Assembly (NCBI GenBank): GCA_028286685.1
Contig: JAQBRA010000005.1
Span: forward strand, 16,726 to 80,725
Length of the DNA: 64,000 bases
Source of the DNA: Candidatus Adlerbacteria bacterium
GTDB taxonomy: Bacteria > Patescibacteriota > Minisyncoccia > Phycocordibacterales > SBAW01
Reading direction: 5' to 3'
Under the pieces are notes generated by a model. The model was not told the origin of the DNA. It saw only the letters and a list, made by a program, of their open reading frames with translations, and made no database searches. This document shows, in pieces, positions 27,445 to 35,785 of this stretch (positions are counted from its first letter, which is position 1; the number at the start of each line of letters is the position of its first letter). A program made the position numbers and the translations under genes.

Positions 27445-30042
27445 TTAAATCTCTTCAAAGCCCGGTATGAGCGTTACCGTCGTCTGCGCGGTCGCGGTGC
27501 TGGTGCCGTTGGTGCACGAGATCCGGTAGGTACTGGCGGCACTGACCGTAACCGGAGTTTGAATGCCGGAGGAGTTGAGACTGGAAGAAATAACGGCATT
27601 GGTCTGGTCTCGGACCGTGCACGAGGTCATATTAGTGCTCCCCCACAGCAGATAGCTGGTGCCGCCCTTGCGCACGCGTGCCGGGTTGGCGGAGAAAGGC
27701 GGCGACAGCGTCGGTGCACCAACCGAAGGAGCGAGCGTATTGCTATTGAATGAGCCGCCGCTCGTGGGCGTGCAGGTAAGGTAGATCGAGTGGGAGCCTC
27801 CGGAGAGAGCTCCGGCATCGTAACTTCCCGGGTAATTAGCAGCGAGTCCGGTCGCGACCTGGACACTATCTATATAGAGACGGCAGGAATTCGCGGTGAT
27901 ATTTTGGGACGTCCAAGTAAGGTACGCATGATCGCCTGCAGTCTGCGGAGCCGCGCCTGCCAAGGCCAAAGATACAGACGGCTGGACGGCGACAACCGCG
28001 ACTGAAGCATAGTTGTTATAGGCTGTGATGCTGTTAGTTTTTGCCGCACCGTAAAAGGTGTAGGTGCCGGCAGCGCTTGGCGTAAAGGCGTACGTCTTCG
28101 TGGTATTAGGCTGCGTCCAGCAGCTGACATTGTACGGAGTTACATCAGCACACGGAACGCTGGTGACCTGGTCTGAGCCATTGATGGCCGTTGCCGCGAG
28201 CGTATCACCCGAGCCGGCTGCAAAGGTAGCGGTTATGGGAGTCGCAGCTCCTACGGTTACCGTTTTGGTAACGCCGTTCCCTGCCCCGGCATTAATGGTA
28301 ACGGTCGGAATGGAACCAACTACTACCGAAGTCGTGGTTGAAACCTCCCCGCCCATGAGGTCCTGGCAGATTATGGAAAAATTCTGGATGCCGGACTGCG
28401 ACAGTGCGCCGCTGGAAACTGAGCCGGATGTTTGCCCTACAGAAAAGGTCACTTGACCATGGGTGCCAGTAGCACTGCCGGCGCCAGTGGTGGTGGTGCA
28501 AGCAGAAGCACTTCCGCAATAGCCGGTGCCGCCGTATGCAGCATATGAAATACCATCTCCTGTTATGCCGCCTATATACCCGCCGCCGCCGCCGCCAGCG
28601 CCAGTATCAGCACCCTGGTACGGCGAAGCTCCTCCTATATTGCCAGTCGTACCTCCTCCGTCGTTGCCAGCAATTGGAGGGGTTCCTCCTCCGCCCGCCA
28701 AATGCCCGCCATCCGCAGCATAGGCAACCTTAGGCCATAAAGAAAGGATGGATGCTACTCCGTTACCCAGATTTGCAAAAACATCCTCGTGCGGCCCAAA
28801 ACCATAATTAGGACATAAAGAGCCAGTGCCCCCAGCACCTCCACCCGCTGTCAAAAGCTCCGTGCCCCCGGCGTTGCGTATGGCCGATCGTCCGCCGCCA
28901 GAACCGTAGGTAGGGAAATCTGGATATTGACCGTGACCGCCGCCGCCGTACGTTCGAGGACCATTCTTGGTGCCAGCCTGGCCGACAATAACGGTGAGTA
29001 CCTGGCCTGGTGAGACTGCAAGAGTGCCACTAGTATATCCTCCTCTGCCGCCCGGACCTTCACCACCATTGCAGCCAGTGCCTCCCCCTGCTCCCCATGC
29101 CTTAACTAACACAGAAGTAACTCCGGCTGGCACAGTGTAAGTCTGGTCACCTCCCGTATAGGAAAAAGTATTTTGTTGCCCATTGGTCTGCAGCGTCGTC
29201 CCCGCTTGGTTGACGATGCGGCAAGAAGCGGGCACGACCTGGCTGGCGGACCAGGAGAGCGCAGTCGAGCTCCCGACCGGCACTATCGCAGGACTTGCCG
29301 AGAGGCCAAGGACTGCGGTCGATATCTTGACCGGCGTGGTAACTGAGCGCACCGTAGCGGCCCCCGACTTGCAGGTAAGCGTATAGTTTTGTGTAGAGCC
29401 TATGGCGCCAGTAACGCTCGTGGTGGCAGAACCGACAAGGGTCGTACCGCTGTAAATCGTATTACCGCTCGGACCAGTCAGAGTTACATTGTTGGCAAAA
29501 TACTCGGTCTGCGCGCCGACATAGCGGGTGCACGGCTGCGAGCCGTCGATGTAGTTGCGAGTGAGGTACGGCTGGCAGGCATAATCGAGCGTTACCACGT
29601 TGCCGGACCCGACATAGACGTTTGTGCCTGAGCTAGAAACTGCACCGCCTTTCTGTACGATACTGGCGCTGTTTTGGAGCGTGGACTTGGCGCTCAGGGC
29701 GCCTACGTACGGATCAATGCAGATAGTGCTCTGCCAGCAGTAATGCGCCCCGCAGCCGTAGCTTGCGCCCGAATCCTGCGCATAGACCGTGTAGTCGTTG
29801 AGCGGGTTGGGGTACCCGCCGTCGTAGGTCGTAAAGTAGGCTACCGCTGCGGTGTTGGCAGTTTGAGCCGTGCCATTGATATTTTGTATGGCGAGCCTGA
29901 GCGATTCCGGCAGCGGGAGGTACCCCGAGAACGCCAAAGCCGCAGCCACCAAAAGGAAGGCTGCGGCGCTAGCAGGGACCAATACTGCAAGTCCCCCATT
30001 TTTAAGTTTTTCTATCAATCCGCGCAGGCTCATGGTACCCAA
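27445..30042 (-). CDS. Large surface protein with Ig-like modules and a glycine-rich domain
   Basis: N-terminal TM; FSYTGGDQTYTVPAGVT..AWGAGGG Gly-rich domain; paralog of 278..1849. Confidence 0.78.
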   Translation of the reverse strand: MGTMSLRGLIEKLKNGGLAVLVPASAAAFLLVAAALAFSGYLPLPESLRLAIQNINGTAQTANTAAVAYFTTYDGGYPNPLNDYTVYAQDSGASYGCGAHYCWQSTICIDPYVGALSAKSTLQNSASIVQKGGAVSSSGTNVYVGSGNVVTLDYACQPYLTRNYIDGSQPCTRYVGAQTEYFANNVTLTGPSGNTIYSGTTLVGSATTSVTGAIGSTQNYTLTCKSGAATVRSVTTPVKISTAVLGLSASPAIVPVGSSTALSWSASQVVPASCRIVNQAGTTLQTNGQQNTFSYTGGDQTYTVPAGVTSVLVKAWGAGGGTGCNGGEGPGGRGGYTSGTLAVSPGQVLTVIVGQAGTKNGPRTYGGGGHGQYPDFPTYGSGGGRSAIRNAGGTELLTAGGGAGGTGSLCPNYGFGPHEDVFANLGNGVASILSLWPKVAYAADGGHLAGGGGTPPIAGNDGGGTTGNIGGASPYQGADTGAGGGGGGYIGGITGDGISYAAYGGTGYCGSASACTTTTGAGSATGTHGQVTFSVGQTSGSVSSGALSQSGIQNFSIICQDLMGGEVSTTTSVVVGSIPTVTINAGAGNGVTKTVTVGAATPITATFAAGSGDTLAATAINGSDQVTSVPCADVTPYNVSCWTQPNTTKTYAFTPSAAGTYTFYGAAKTNSITAYNNYASVAVVAVQPSVSLALAGAAPQTAGDHAYLTWTSQNITANSCRLYIDSVQVATGLAANYPGSYDAGALSGGSHSIYLTCTPTSGGSFNSNTLAPSVGAPTLSPPFSANPARVRKGGTSYLLWGSTNMTSCTVRDQTNAVISSSLNSSGIQTPVTVSAASTYRISCTNGTSTATAQTTVTLIPGFEEI

Positions 30043-30090
30043 GAAGTATATACCCTCTTAAAATCCCTAAAACAGCGCTGCTCTGGATTA

Positions 30091-30897
30091 TTAGCGGATC
30101 TCGTAGGTAACGGAGACGTTGCTCGTAACCTTGTTCTGCCCTACCGAGATGTCCGGAGCGGACTTAGCATCCATGGCCTGGCTCATAACCTCGGCACCGC
30201 GGCCGTACGCCATCGGCACCGGATAGCCCGAGCCGCTCTCGCTGAAGGACACGACGCGGACAATGGAGACGCCGAGCTGGCGGGCCAATTCATCGGCCTT
30301 GGCCTTGGCGTCAGCGATAGCCTTCTGCCTTGCCTCATCCTGAACCTGGTTCGGATCGTCAAAAGTAAAGTTGAGGCCGGAAACCTCGGTAGCGCCCGCA
30401 GACCCTACCCCGCCCAAGAGCTCCCCTGCCTTTTCAGTATCGCGAACCTTAACGGTAGTTGTCTGGCGCACCTGGTAGCCGCGCAAGACCTGCTCGCCGC
30501 CGGGGCAGTAACCCTGGGCGCATGCCTTCTGTACGTAGTCGTACATCGGGGACACGGAGTAATCGCTGGTCTGGATATCTTTCTCCTCGATGCCCGCAGA
30601 CTTTAGGTACTCGGTCGTGGCATTGGCCTTAGCAGTCGCATCGGCCTGAGCTGCGGCCACGGTCGGCTTCTCCGACATGACGCTAAAGCTGAAGGTCGCA
30701 ATATCGGGAACCGCCACAGCCTCGCCGTAGCCGGATACGTTGATAGTGTTGCCCGCAGCAATGCCAGCGCCGATATAGCGCAGGCCCATGAGCCCGGCAA
30801 CTACCTGAATGCCCAAAAACACGACCAGGAGTATAACGCCCGCCACGATAAACTTGCGCAACCGCTCCCCTGCCGAACCCTCGAATAAAGCGTTCAT
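30091..30897 (-). CDS. SIMPL (DUF541) domain protein
   Basis: INVSGYGEAVAVPD.A, DIQT..YSV.P.Y, AIADAKAKA..LA..LGV. Confidence 0.9.
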   Translation of the reverse strand: MNALFEGSAGERLRKFIVAGVILLVVFLGIQVVAGLMGLRYIGAGIAAGNTINVSGYGEAVAVPDIATFSFSVMSEKPTVAAAQADATAKANATTEYLKSAGIEEKDIQTSDYSVSPMYDYVQKACAQGYCPGGEQVLRGYQVRQTTTVKVRDTEKAGELLGGVGSAGATEVSGLNFTFDDPNQVQDEARQKAIADAKAKADELARQLGVSIVRVVSFSESGSGYPVPMAYGRGAEVMSQAMDAKSAPDISVGQNKVTSNVSVTYEIR

Positions 30898-30983
30898 ATT
30901 GATATGAAATGCTAATTAATAAGTAGCTTCTCAACTACTGACGCGCAGGCACAGCTTGGATTACCGGAGCGGCGCTCTTGGGG

Positions 30984-31667
30984 CTATTTCTTATTCTTAA
31001 TAGCCTCTATGACCGACATGAACTGCTGGTACGGCAAGGCGCCCGAGATCGGCACTGCCGCGCCGTTGCCATAGACGACCGTGTACGGCGTACCTTGGGC
31101 TCCGGCGACCTGCGCGTCGGCGGATTCCTGGTTTATTTTGGCGTCGTACTTGTTAGAGGACACGCACGACATGTATTTTGCCGTGTCCGCCCCGAGCTGG
31201 CCGGCAAGCGCCAAATAGCGCGCGGGGCCCATATTCTCCTGGTCGGTAAACATCGACTCGGTAAACTTCCACCAGCCGTCATTACCAAGCTGTTCGGTAA
31301 TGCACTCGGCGGCCTGCGCTGCGGGGCGCGCCTCCGGATGGATGCTTTCAAGCGGCAAGTGGCGCATGACCCAGGCTATCTGGCCCTGGCTCTCGTCTAC
31401 GATGCGCTTGATGGTCGGGTACGCCTGCATGCAGTAGTAGCACTGGAAGTCCGAGTACTCGATAAGCACGATAGGCGCCGTCGGAGAGCCGATGATGTGG
31501 TCGTCGGCCGTGGGGGCAGGCACCTGGGTAGAGGCGGGCAGTATGGAATTGGTGTCAGATGCGCTTGAGGTGCCCTGGTTGGTAAAAATAATGGCGCCCG
31601 CTATGAGCACTCCGGCAATAAGGATGGACAGCGACGGGGAAAACTCCAGCTTTTTCAAATCAATCAT
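30984..31667 (-). CDS. DsbA-family thiol-disulfide oxidoreductase
   Basis: DHIIG..AP..IEYSDFQCYYC, HLPL..IHP, GTP. Confidence 0.9.
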   Translation of the reverse strand: MIDLKKLEFSPSLSILIAGVLIAGAIIFTNQGTSSASDTNSILPASTQVPAPTADDHIIGSPTAPIVLIEYSDFQCYYCMQAYPTIKRIVDESQGQIAWVMRHLPLESIHPEARPAAQAAECITEQLGNDGWWKFTESMFTDQENMGPARYLALAGQLGADTAKYMSCVSSNKYDAKINQESADAQVAGAQGTPYTVVYGNGAAVPISGALPYQQFMSVIEAIKNKK

Positions 31668-31671
31668 GACC

Positions 31672-32118
31672 CTATCGTACCACCTCCTCTTTAGCCTTGT
31701 CATGCTTTAACAGGTCGCGGATCTCCTCCAAGAGGCGCACGTCCTCGGGCTTCTCGTGTGCCGGCATCTCCTCTTCCTCGTGGCGCTCAAAAATACGCTT
31801 GCGCATCGTCGACAGGGCCTTGAACACGATAAATATCGATACCGAGACTATTAGGAAGTTAAACAGCGCCTGCAGAAAGGCCCCGTATTTAATGACAAGG
31901 TCGGGCCGCAGCGCGACCGAGAGCGTCTTGAAGTCGACATTGTTGGTAACCAGGCCCAGGAACGGCGTAATGATATCCCCCACCAGGGAGTTAACGACGC
32001 CCGTAAAGGCGTTACCAATGACAACGGCAATCGCGAGCTCGAAGGCATTGCCCTTGACCGCAAAGCTCCGAAACTCCGCAAAAAAGCTTCTGGTTGATGC
32101 AATAACGTTTTTTGTCAT
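31672..32118 (-). CDS. mscL: Large-conductance mechanosensitive channel
   Basis: EFRSFAVKGNAFELAIAVVIG, YGAFL, LLEEIRDLL. Confidence 0.95.
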   Translation of the reverse strand: MTKNVIASTRSFFAEFRSFAVKGNAFELAIAVVIGNAFTGVVNSLVGDIITPFLGLVTNNVDFKTLSVALRPDLVIKYGAFLQALFNFLIVSVSIFIVFKALSTMRKRIFERHEEEEMPAHEKPEDVRLLEEIRDLLKHDKAKEEVVR

Positions 32119-32121
32119 GTG

Positions 32122-32613
32122 TTATTTTTTTCCCTGCAATTGCTCTATGTCCTGCATGAGCCTTCCGAGGCCCTCGCGAATCTCGGCAAGCGTCTTGTGG
32201 TCGGCCTCCTCGCGCGCCTCGTCCTCCTTGTCCTCCTCGCTCAGCTCCTCGACATCCTCGGCGATCTCGTCCACGTCTTCGGCGATTTCATCGACATCCT
32301 CAGCAATCTCATCGACGTCCTCCTGGATCTCGTCAATATCTTCCTGGATTTCGTCGATATCCTGCTCGACTTCCTCGATGGCCGCCTGCTGGATGTTGAT
32401 CGTCATCTGGATGAATATGGAAAGATAGATCGCCTCCAGGGACACCAGGGTGGTAAGCACCAAGAGCATGCGGTCGAACGGAACGAACCCGAAGAACACC
32501 GCGGCAAAGCTGCCGCCGAACAGTATCGTATGGAGGATGATGGACTGCAAAGAGCCGACCCACCCGGTAATGGCGAGCGCCGTTTTTTGGATTTTTGTCT
32601 TTTCGATCGCCAT
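32122..32613 (-). CDS. DUF1003-like membrane protein with acidic heptad coiled coil
   Basis: GS..SIILH, LTTLVSLEAIYLSIFIQM, then (EDVDEIA)n. Confidence 0.7.
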   Translation of the reverse strand: MAIEKTKIQKTALAITGWVGSLQSIILHTILFGGSFAAVFFGFVPFDRMLLVLTTLVSLEAIYLSIFIQMTINIQQAAIEEVEQDIDEIQEDIDEIQEDVDEIAEDVDEIAEDVDEIAEDVEELSEEDKEDEAREEADHKTLAEIREGLGRLMQDIEQLQGKK

Positions 32614-32643
32614 ATAATCTTATGTCTATCTTACACCTTTGAA

Positions 32644-32823
32644 CGATGGGCTCGGTCACAAATAACTTTTTGCCGTCGCAAAAAGTTTTTGCGACCCCGC
32701 CTCGCGGCCGTGCCATTGCACGGCAACGCTGCGGCTTTCGAGTCCCAACGTAAGCAGCTCAAGCTGCTTACTTCGATCACCCTTGCGGCACGCAAAACCC
32801 GGCTGACGCCGGGCTTGCCGCAA
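32644..32823 (-). repeat. tRNA-associated structured element, copy A (after tRNA-His)
   Basis: Hairpin + inverted tRNA 3' end + conserved two-hairpin core shared with copies at 37.9, 40.2 and 46.3 kb. Confidence 0.75.
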
Positions 32824-32897
32824 GGGTGATCGATGGGACTCGAACCCACAACAACTGGTACCACAAACCAGGGCTCTACCATTGAGCTACGACCACC
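32824..32897 (-). tRNA. tRNA-His(GTG)
   Basis: GGTGGTCGTAGCTCAATGGTAGAGC-CCTGG-TTGTGGT region-..GGTTCGAGTCCCATCGATCACCC; includes G-1. Confidence 0.92.
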
Positions 32898-32937
32898 AGA
32901 GCCCTCAATATAATGATTTTTCGGGAAAAAGTCGAGA

Positions 32938-33918
32938 CTACACGCGCACCGACAGCTCGCGGCGCGAGGAGTAATACGCCAGGGAAACAAACACGAGGCC
33001 GATGAGTCCCGTCACCGCTTCGGGCACGTGCGCGATAATGCCCACGAGCATCGAGAGTCCGAGTCCGAGTATCGCCCAGTGCGCGCCATGCTCGAGGTAT
33101 TTAAGCGCCTCAAGCGTATGCTGGCGCACGAAATAGAGCGTAATGGAGCGCACGAAATAGGCGCCGATGCCGAGGCCCACGAATATGATGAGGATATCGC
33201 TCGTAAGGGCGAACGCGCCGACGACGCCGTCGAGCGAGAAAGCCGAATCAAGCACGTTAAGGTATACGAAGAGTGACGCCCCGCCTATAGCAACCCCGGT
33301 CTCGCCCACCTCGAGGCTCGAGGTGATGCCCTGCATCGCAACGAAGGTGAGGAGCCCGATGCAGCCCGCAAAGAGCACCGTGCCTTGCTCGCCGGAGAAA
33401 TGCGCGAGCGCGAGCAAGGTCGTGAGAGCCACGGCTATTTCAATCGCCTCTATCCTCCCCCATCGCGCCAAGCGGCGCTCGATACCCGCTATCCAGTGCA
33501 CATCCTTGGCCGTATCGAAGAAGTACTTGAGCGACACCATAAGCAGAAACATGCCGCCGAAGGCGTTAATGGCATGGGAAGCGCCTGAGAGCAAAGCGCC
33601 GTACGCAGCAGGGTCACTGAACGCCAGCGCAAACGCGCTCCACGGCAGTATTCCGGCCGCGATGCTGACAATGAGCGCCGGGAGCACCAAGCGCGTGCCG
33701 AAGACGGCAACCAGTATGCCCCAGGTCAAAAAGCGCTTCTGCCAGGTGGCATCCATGCGCGCCAGGACTTTTGCGTTGACGACCGCGTTGTCAAACGAGA
33801 GCGTGATCTCGAGAATGGACAAAAGAAGCGCGAGAAAAAATGCTGCAAGCCCGCCCCACAAGAAGACGGCGGCAAGGGCGATAATGGAAACAGCTATCGG
33901 GGCGATGAAAATACGCAT
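32938..33918 (-). CDS. DUF475 (TerC-like) membrane protein
   Basis: LEITLSFDNAVVNA, DSAFSLDGVVGAFA, YLEHGAHWAI. Confidence 0.9.
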   Translation of the reverse strand: MRIFIAPIAVSIIALAAVFLWGGLAAFFLALLLSILEITLSFDNAVVNAKVLARMDATWQKRFLTWGILVAVFGTRLVLPALIVSIAAGILPWSAFALAFSDPAAYGALLSGASHAINAFGGMFLLMVSLKYFFDTAKDVHWIAGIERRLARWGRIEAIEIAVALTTLLALAHFSGEQGTVLFAGCIGLLTFVAMQGITSSLEVGETGVAIGGASLFVYLNVLDSAFSLDGVVGAFALTSDILIIFVGLGIGAYFVRSITLYFVRQHTLEALKYLEHGAHWAILGLGLSMLVGIIAHVPEAVTGLIGLVFVSLAYYSSRRELSVRV

Positions 33919-33982
33919 GAGGGTTATAGTAGCACCCCCTGGTAAAAATCTGCAGAATCCTTATAATCAGCAGGTTCGACAT

Positions 33983-34069
33983 GCCCAGGTGGCGAAATTG
34001 GTAGACGCACTACCTTGAGGTGGTAGCCCCGGCAACGGGTTGGAGGTTCAAGTCCTCTCCTGGGCACCA
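33983..34069 (+). tRNA. tRNA-Leu(GAG)
   Basis: GCCCAGGTGGCGAAATTGGTAGAC..CTACC-TTGAGGT-GGTAG, long variable arm, encoded CCA. Confidence 0.95.
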
Positions 34070-34121
34070 AGGCATGCAAAAGAAAAAACCGGCATCAGCC
34101 GGTTTTTTCTTTTGTTTGTTA

Positions 34122-34607
34122 TTACTCCTGGGTTGCGGTTGCCTCCTGAGTATCTGCCTCGACAACCTCCTCGGCTGCAGCCTCTTCGGCCAGCTGCTTC
34201 TTGCTCGGCTCGACGGAGAGCTGGCGGCGCATAGCGCGCTTCTGGTCGCGGGCGGCCTTGTCGCGGATAAAGTAAAGCTTGGCGCGGCGGGTACGGGTGC
34301 GGCGCAAAACCTCGACAGAGTCGATCATGGGAGAGTACAGCGGGAAGATCTTCTCTACTCCGATGCCGCCGGAAACCTTGCGGACCGTAAAGGTGGCTCC
34401 CGCCTCGGTACCGTGCTTAACGGCCAAGACGAGGCCCTCAAACGCCTGCTTGCGGACGTTCTTGGTCGTAACCTCCTTCTTGTTGGCGCCCTTGCCGGTC
34501 TTAAGCTCGACGATGTTCTGCCAGACACGGACCGTGTCCCCGGAACGGATTCCGAGATTCTTGCGGTCTTCCATGACCACTGGGCTGGTTTTTACTGCGG
34601 ATTTCAT
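34122..34607 (-). CDS. rplS: 50S ribosomal protein L19
   Basis: GDTVRV, Q.FEG.V.A, TFTVRK..GIGVEKIFPLYSP, RRAKLYFIR. Confidence 0.95.
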   Translation of the reverse strand: MKSAVKTSPVVMEDRKNLGIRSGDTVRVWQNIVELKTGKGANKKEVTTKNVRKQAFEGLVLAVKHGTEAGATFTVRKVSGGIGVEKIFPLYSPMIDSVEVLRRTRTRRAKLYFIRDKAARDQKRAMRRQLSVEPSKKQLAEEAAAEEVVEADTQEATATQE

Positions 34608-34632
34608 ATTGCTCAAAGACTTTAACACAGGG

Positions 34633-35319
34633 CTAGGCGCTTCGCAATTCCCCCTCTGCGGCCAGGAAGTCGGCAGGAAGCGGCGCCACATGGGTCATTT
34701 CCTCGCCATTGGGATGCACAAAGGAGAGCGAGAAGGCATGGAGCGCCAGGCGCTCAAAGCCAAAAAGCGGCGCCCGGCCCGTGCCATACAGCCGGTCAGC
34801 CAATATAGGACGGCCCACCGAGGCGAAGTGCACGCGGATCTGGTGGGTGCGGCCGGTCTTCGGATACACCTCGACATAGCTCGCGGGCTCTATACCAGCT
34901 GCCGCATCGAGCGGCTGCTGCTTGAGCACCTTATACATAGTGACCGCGTCGCGCTGCACCCCGTAGGAGAGCTTGGCCGAGCGCGGGCCGGACCCCCCGC
35001 GGCTGGAGCCTATCGGCTTATCGATAATCCCCCGCACTTCCTTGAAGGTGCCGTGCACGAACGCGCGGTACGTCTTGCGCGTCTCGCGGTTCTTAAACTG
35101 CTCTTTGAGGAATTCAAACGTTGCCTCGGTCTTGGCGATAACCAAGACGCCAGTCGTTTCCCTATCGATGCGGTGCACGAAGTGGTACTCGGGGTATTTC
35201 TTGTCGAGCCAATAGGAAAGGGCCGGATAGTCGTGCCGGCCGTCGGGGTAGACGATCATCCCCGACGGCTTGTTAACGACCACAAGCTCGTCATCTTCGT
35301 ATAAAATAGTAGGCTCCAT
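34633..35319 (-). CDS. RluA-family pseudouridine synthase
   Basis: VVNKPSG, VHRIDRETTG, TGRTHQIRVH, D.LYG, LHA. Confidence 0.93.
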   Translation of the reverse strand: MEPTILYEDDELVVVNKPSGMIVYPDGRHDYPALSYWLDKKYPEYHFVHRIDRETTGVLVIAKTEATFEFLKEQFKNRETRKTYRAFVHGTFKEVRGIIDKPIGSSRGGSGPRSAKLSYGVQRDAVTMYKVLKQQPLDAAAGIEPASYVEVYPKTGRTHQIRVHFASVGRPILADRLYGTGRAPLFGFERLALHAFSLSFVHPNGEEMTHVAPLPADFLAAEGELRSA

Positions 35320-35369
35320 ATCAACTATTTAACACAAAAATGTCGATGTTGCAATACGTTGTTTTTCAC

Positions 35370-35410
35370 AAAAGAAAAGGGCGGTGGTGGATTTCTCCAA
35401 CAACCGCCCT
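35370..35410 (-). terminator. Intrinsic terminator of the 32-aa micro-gene
   Basis: AGGGCGGTTGTTGGAGAAATCCACCACCGCCCTTTTCTTTT on the minus strand. Confidence 0.75.
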
Positions 35411-35427
35411 GCAATCCTTCACTTTCT

Positions 35428-35526
35428 TCAACTTAAGACCAACACCAAGCCGCCGGTCACCGCAATATAAGAGCCATAAACTTGGAATGAGAAATCGCTA
35501 ACCAGACGCTTGACCAAATTGAACAT
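35428..35526 (-). CDS. 32-aa single-TM small protein (not in ORF track)
   Basis: MFNLVKRLVSDFSFQVYGSYIAVTGGLVLVLS; GGAGG SD, consensus promoter and terminator. Confidence 0.65.
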   Translation of the reverse strand: MFNLVKRLVSDFSFQVYGSYIAVTGGLVLVLS

Positions 35527-35580
35527 GACTTCCTCCGTTAAAAGGCTTAAGGCCATCCCCTAAACCGAATCTCTAGATAT

Positions 35581-35609
35581 AGTATACACCCAATAGTATT
35601 GTTTGTCAA
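35581..35609 (-). promoter_or_regulatory. Near-consensus sigma70 promoter
   Basis: TTGACA-17 bp-TATACT. Confidence 0.8.
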
Positions 35610-35670
35610 GTGTCTCTCCCCTCTTGAAAGATAAGCACAAAACCTCCCGCAGGGGAGGTTTTTTCTTCTG

Positions 35671-35743
35671 TGGGCGATACAGGACTTGAACCTGTGACCT
35701 TCTCTGTGTAAAAGAGTTGCTCTACCAACTGAGCTAATCGCCC
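35671..35743 (-). tRNA. tRNA-Val(TAC)
   Basis: GGGCGATTAGCTCAGTTGGTAGAGC..TTTACAC..GGTTCAAGTCCTGTATCGCCCA. Confidence 0.93.
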
Positions 35744-35785
35744 TTGTCCTTAGTTATACTGATTTTAAGGAAATTGTCACTAGTC

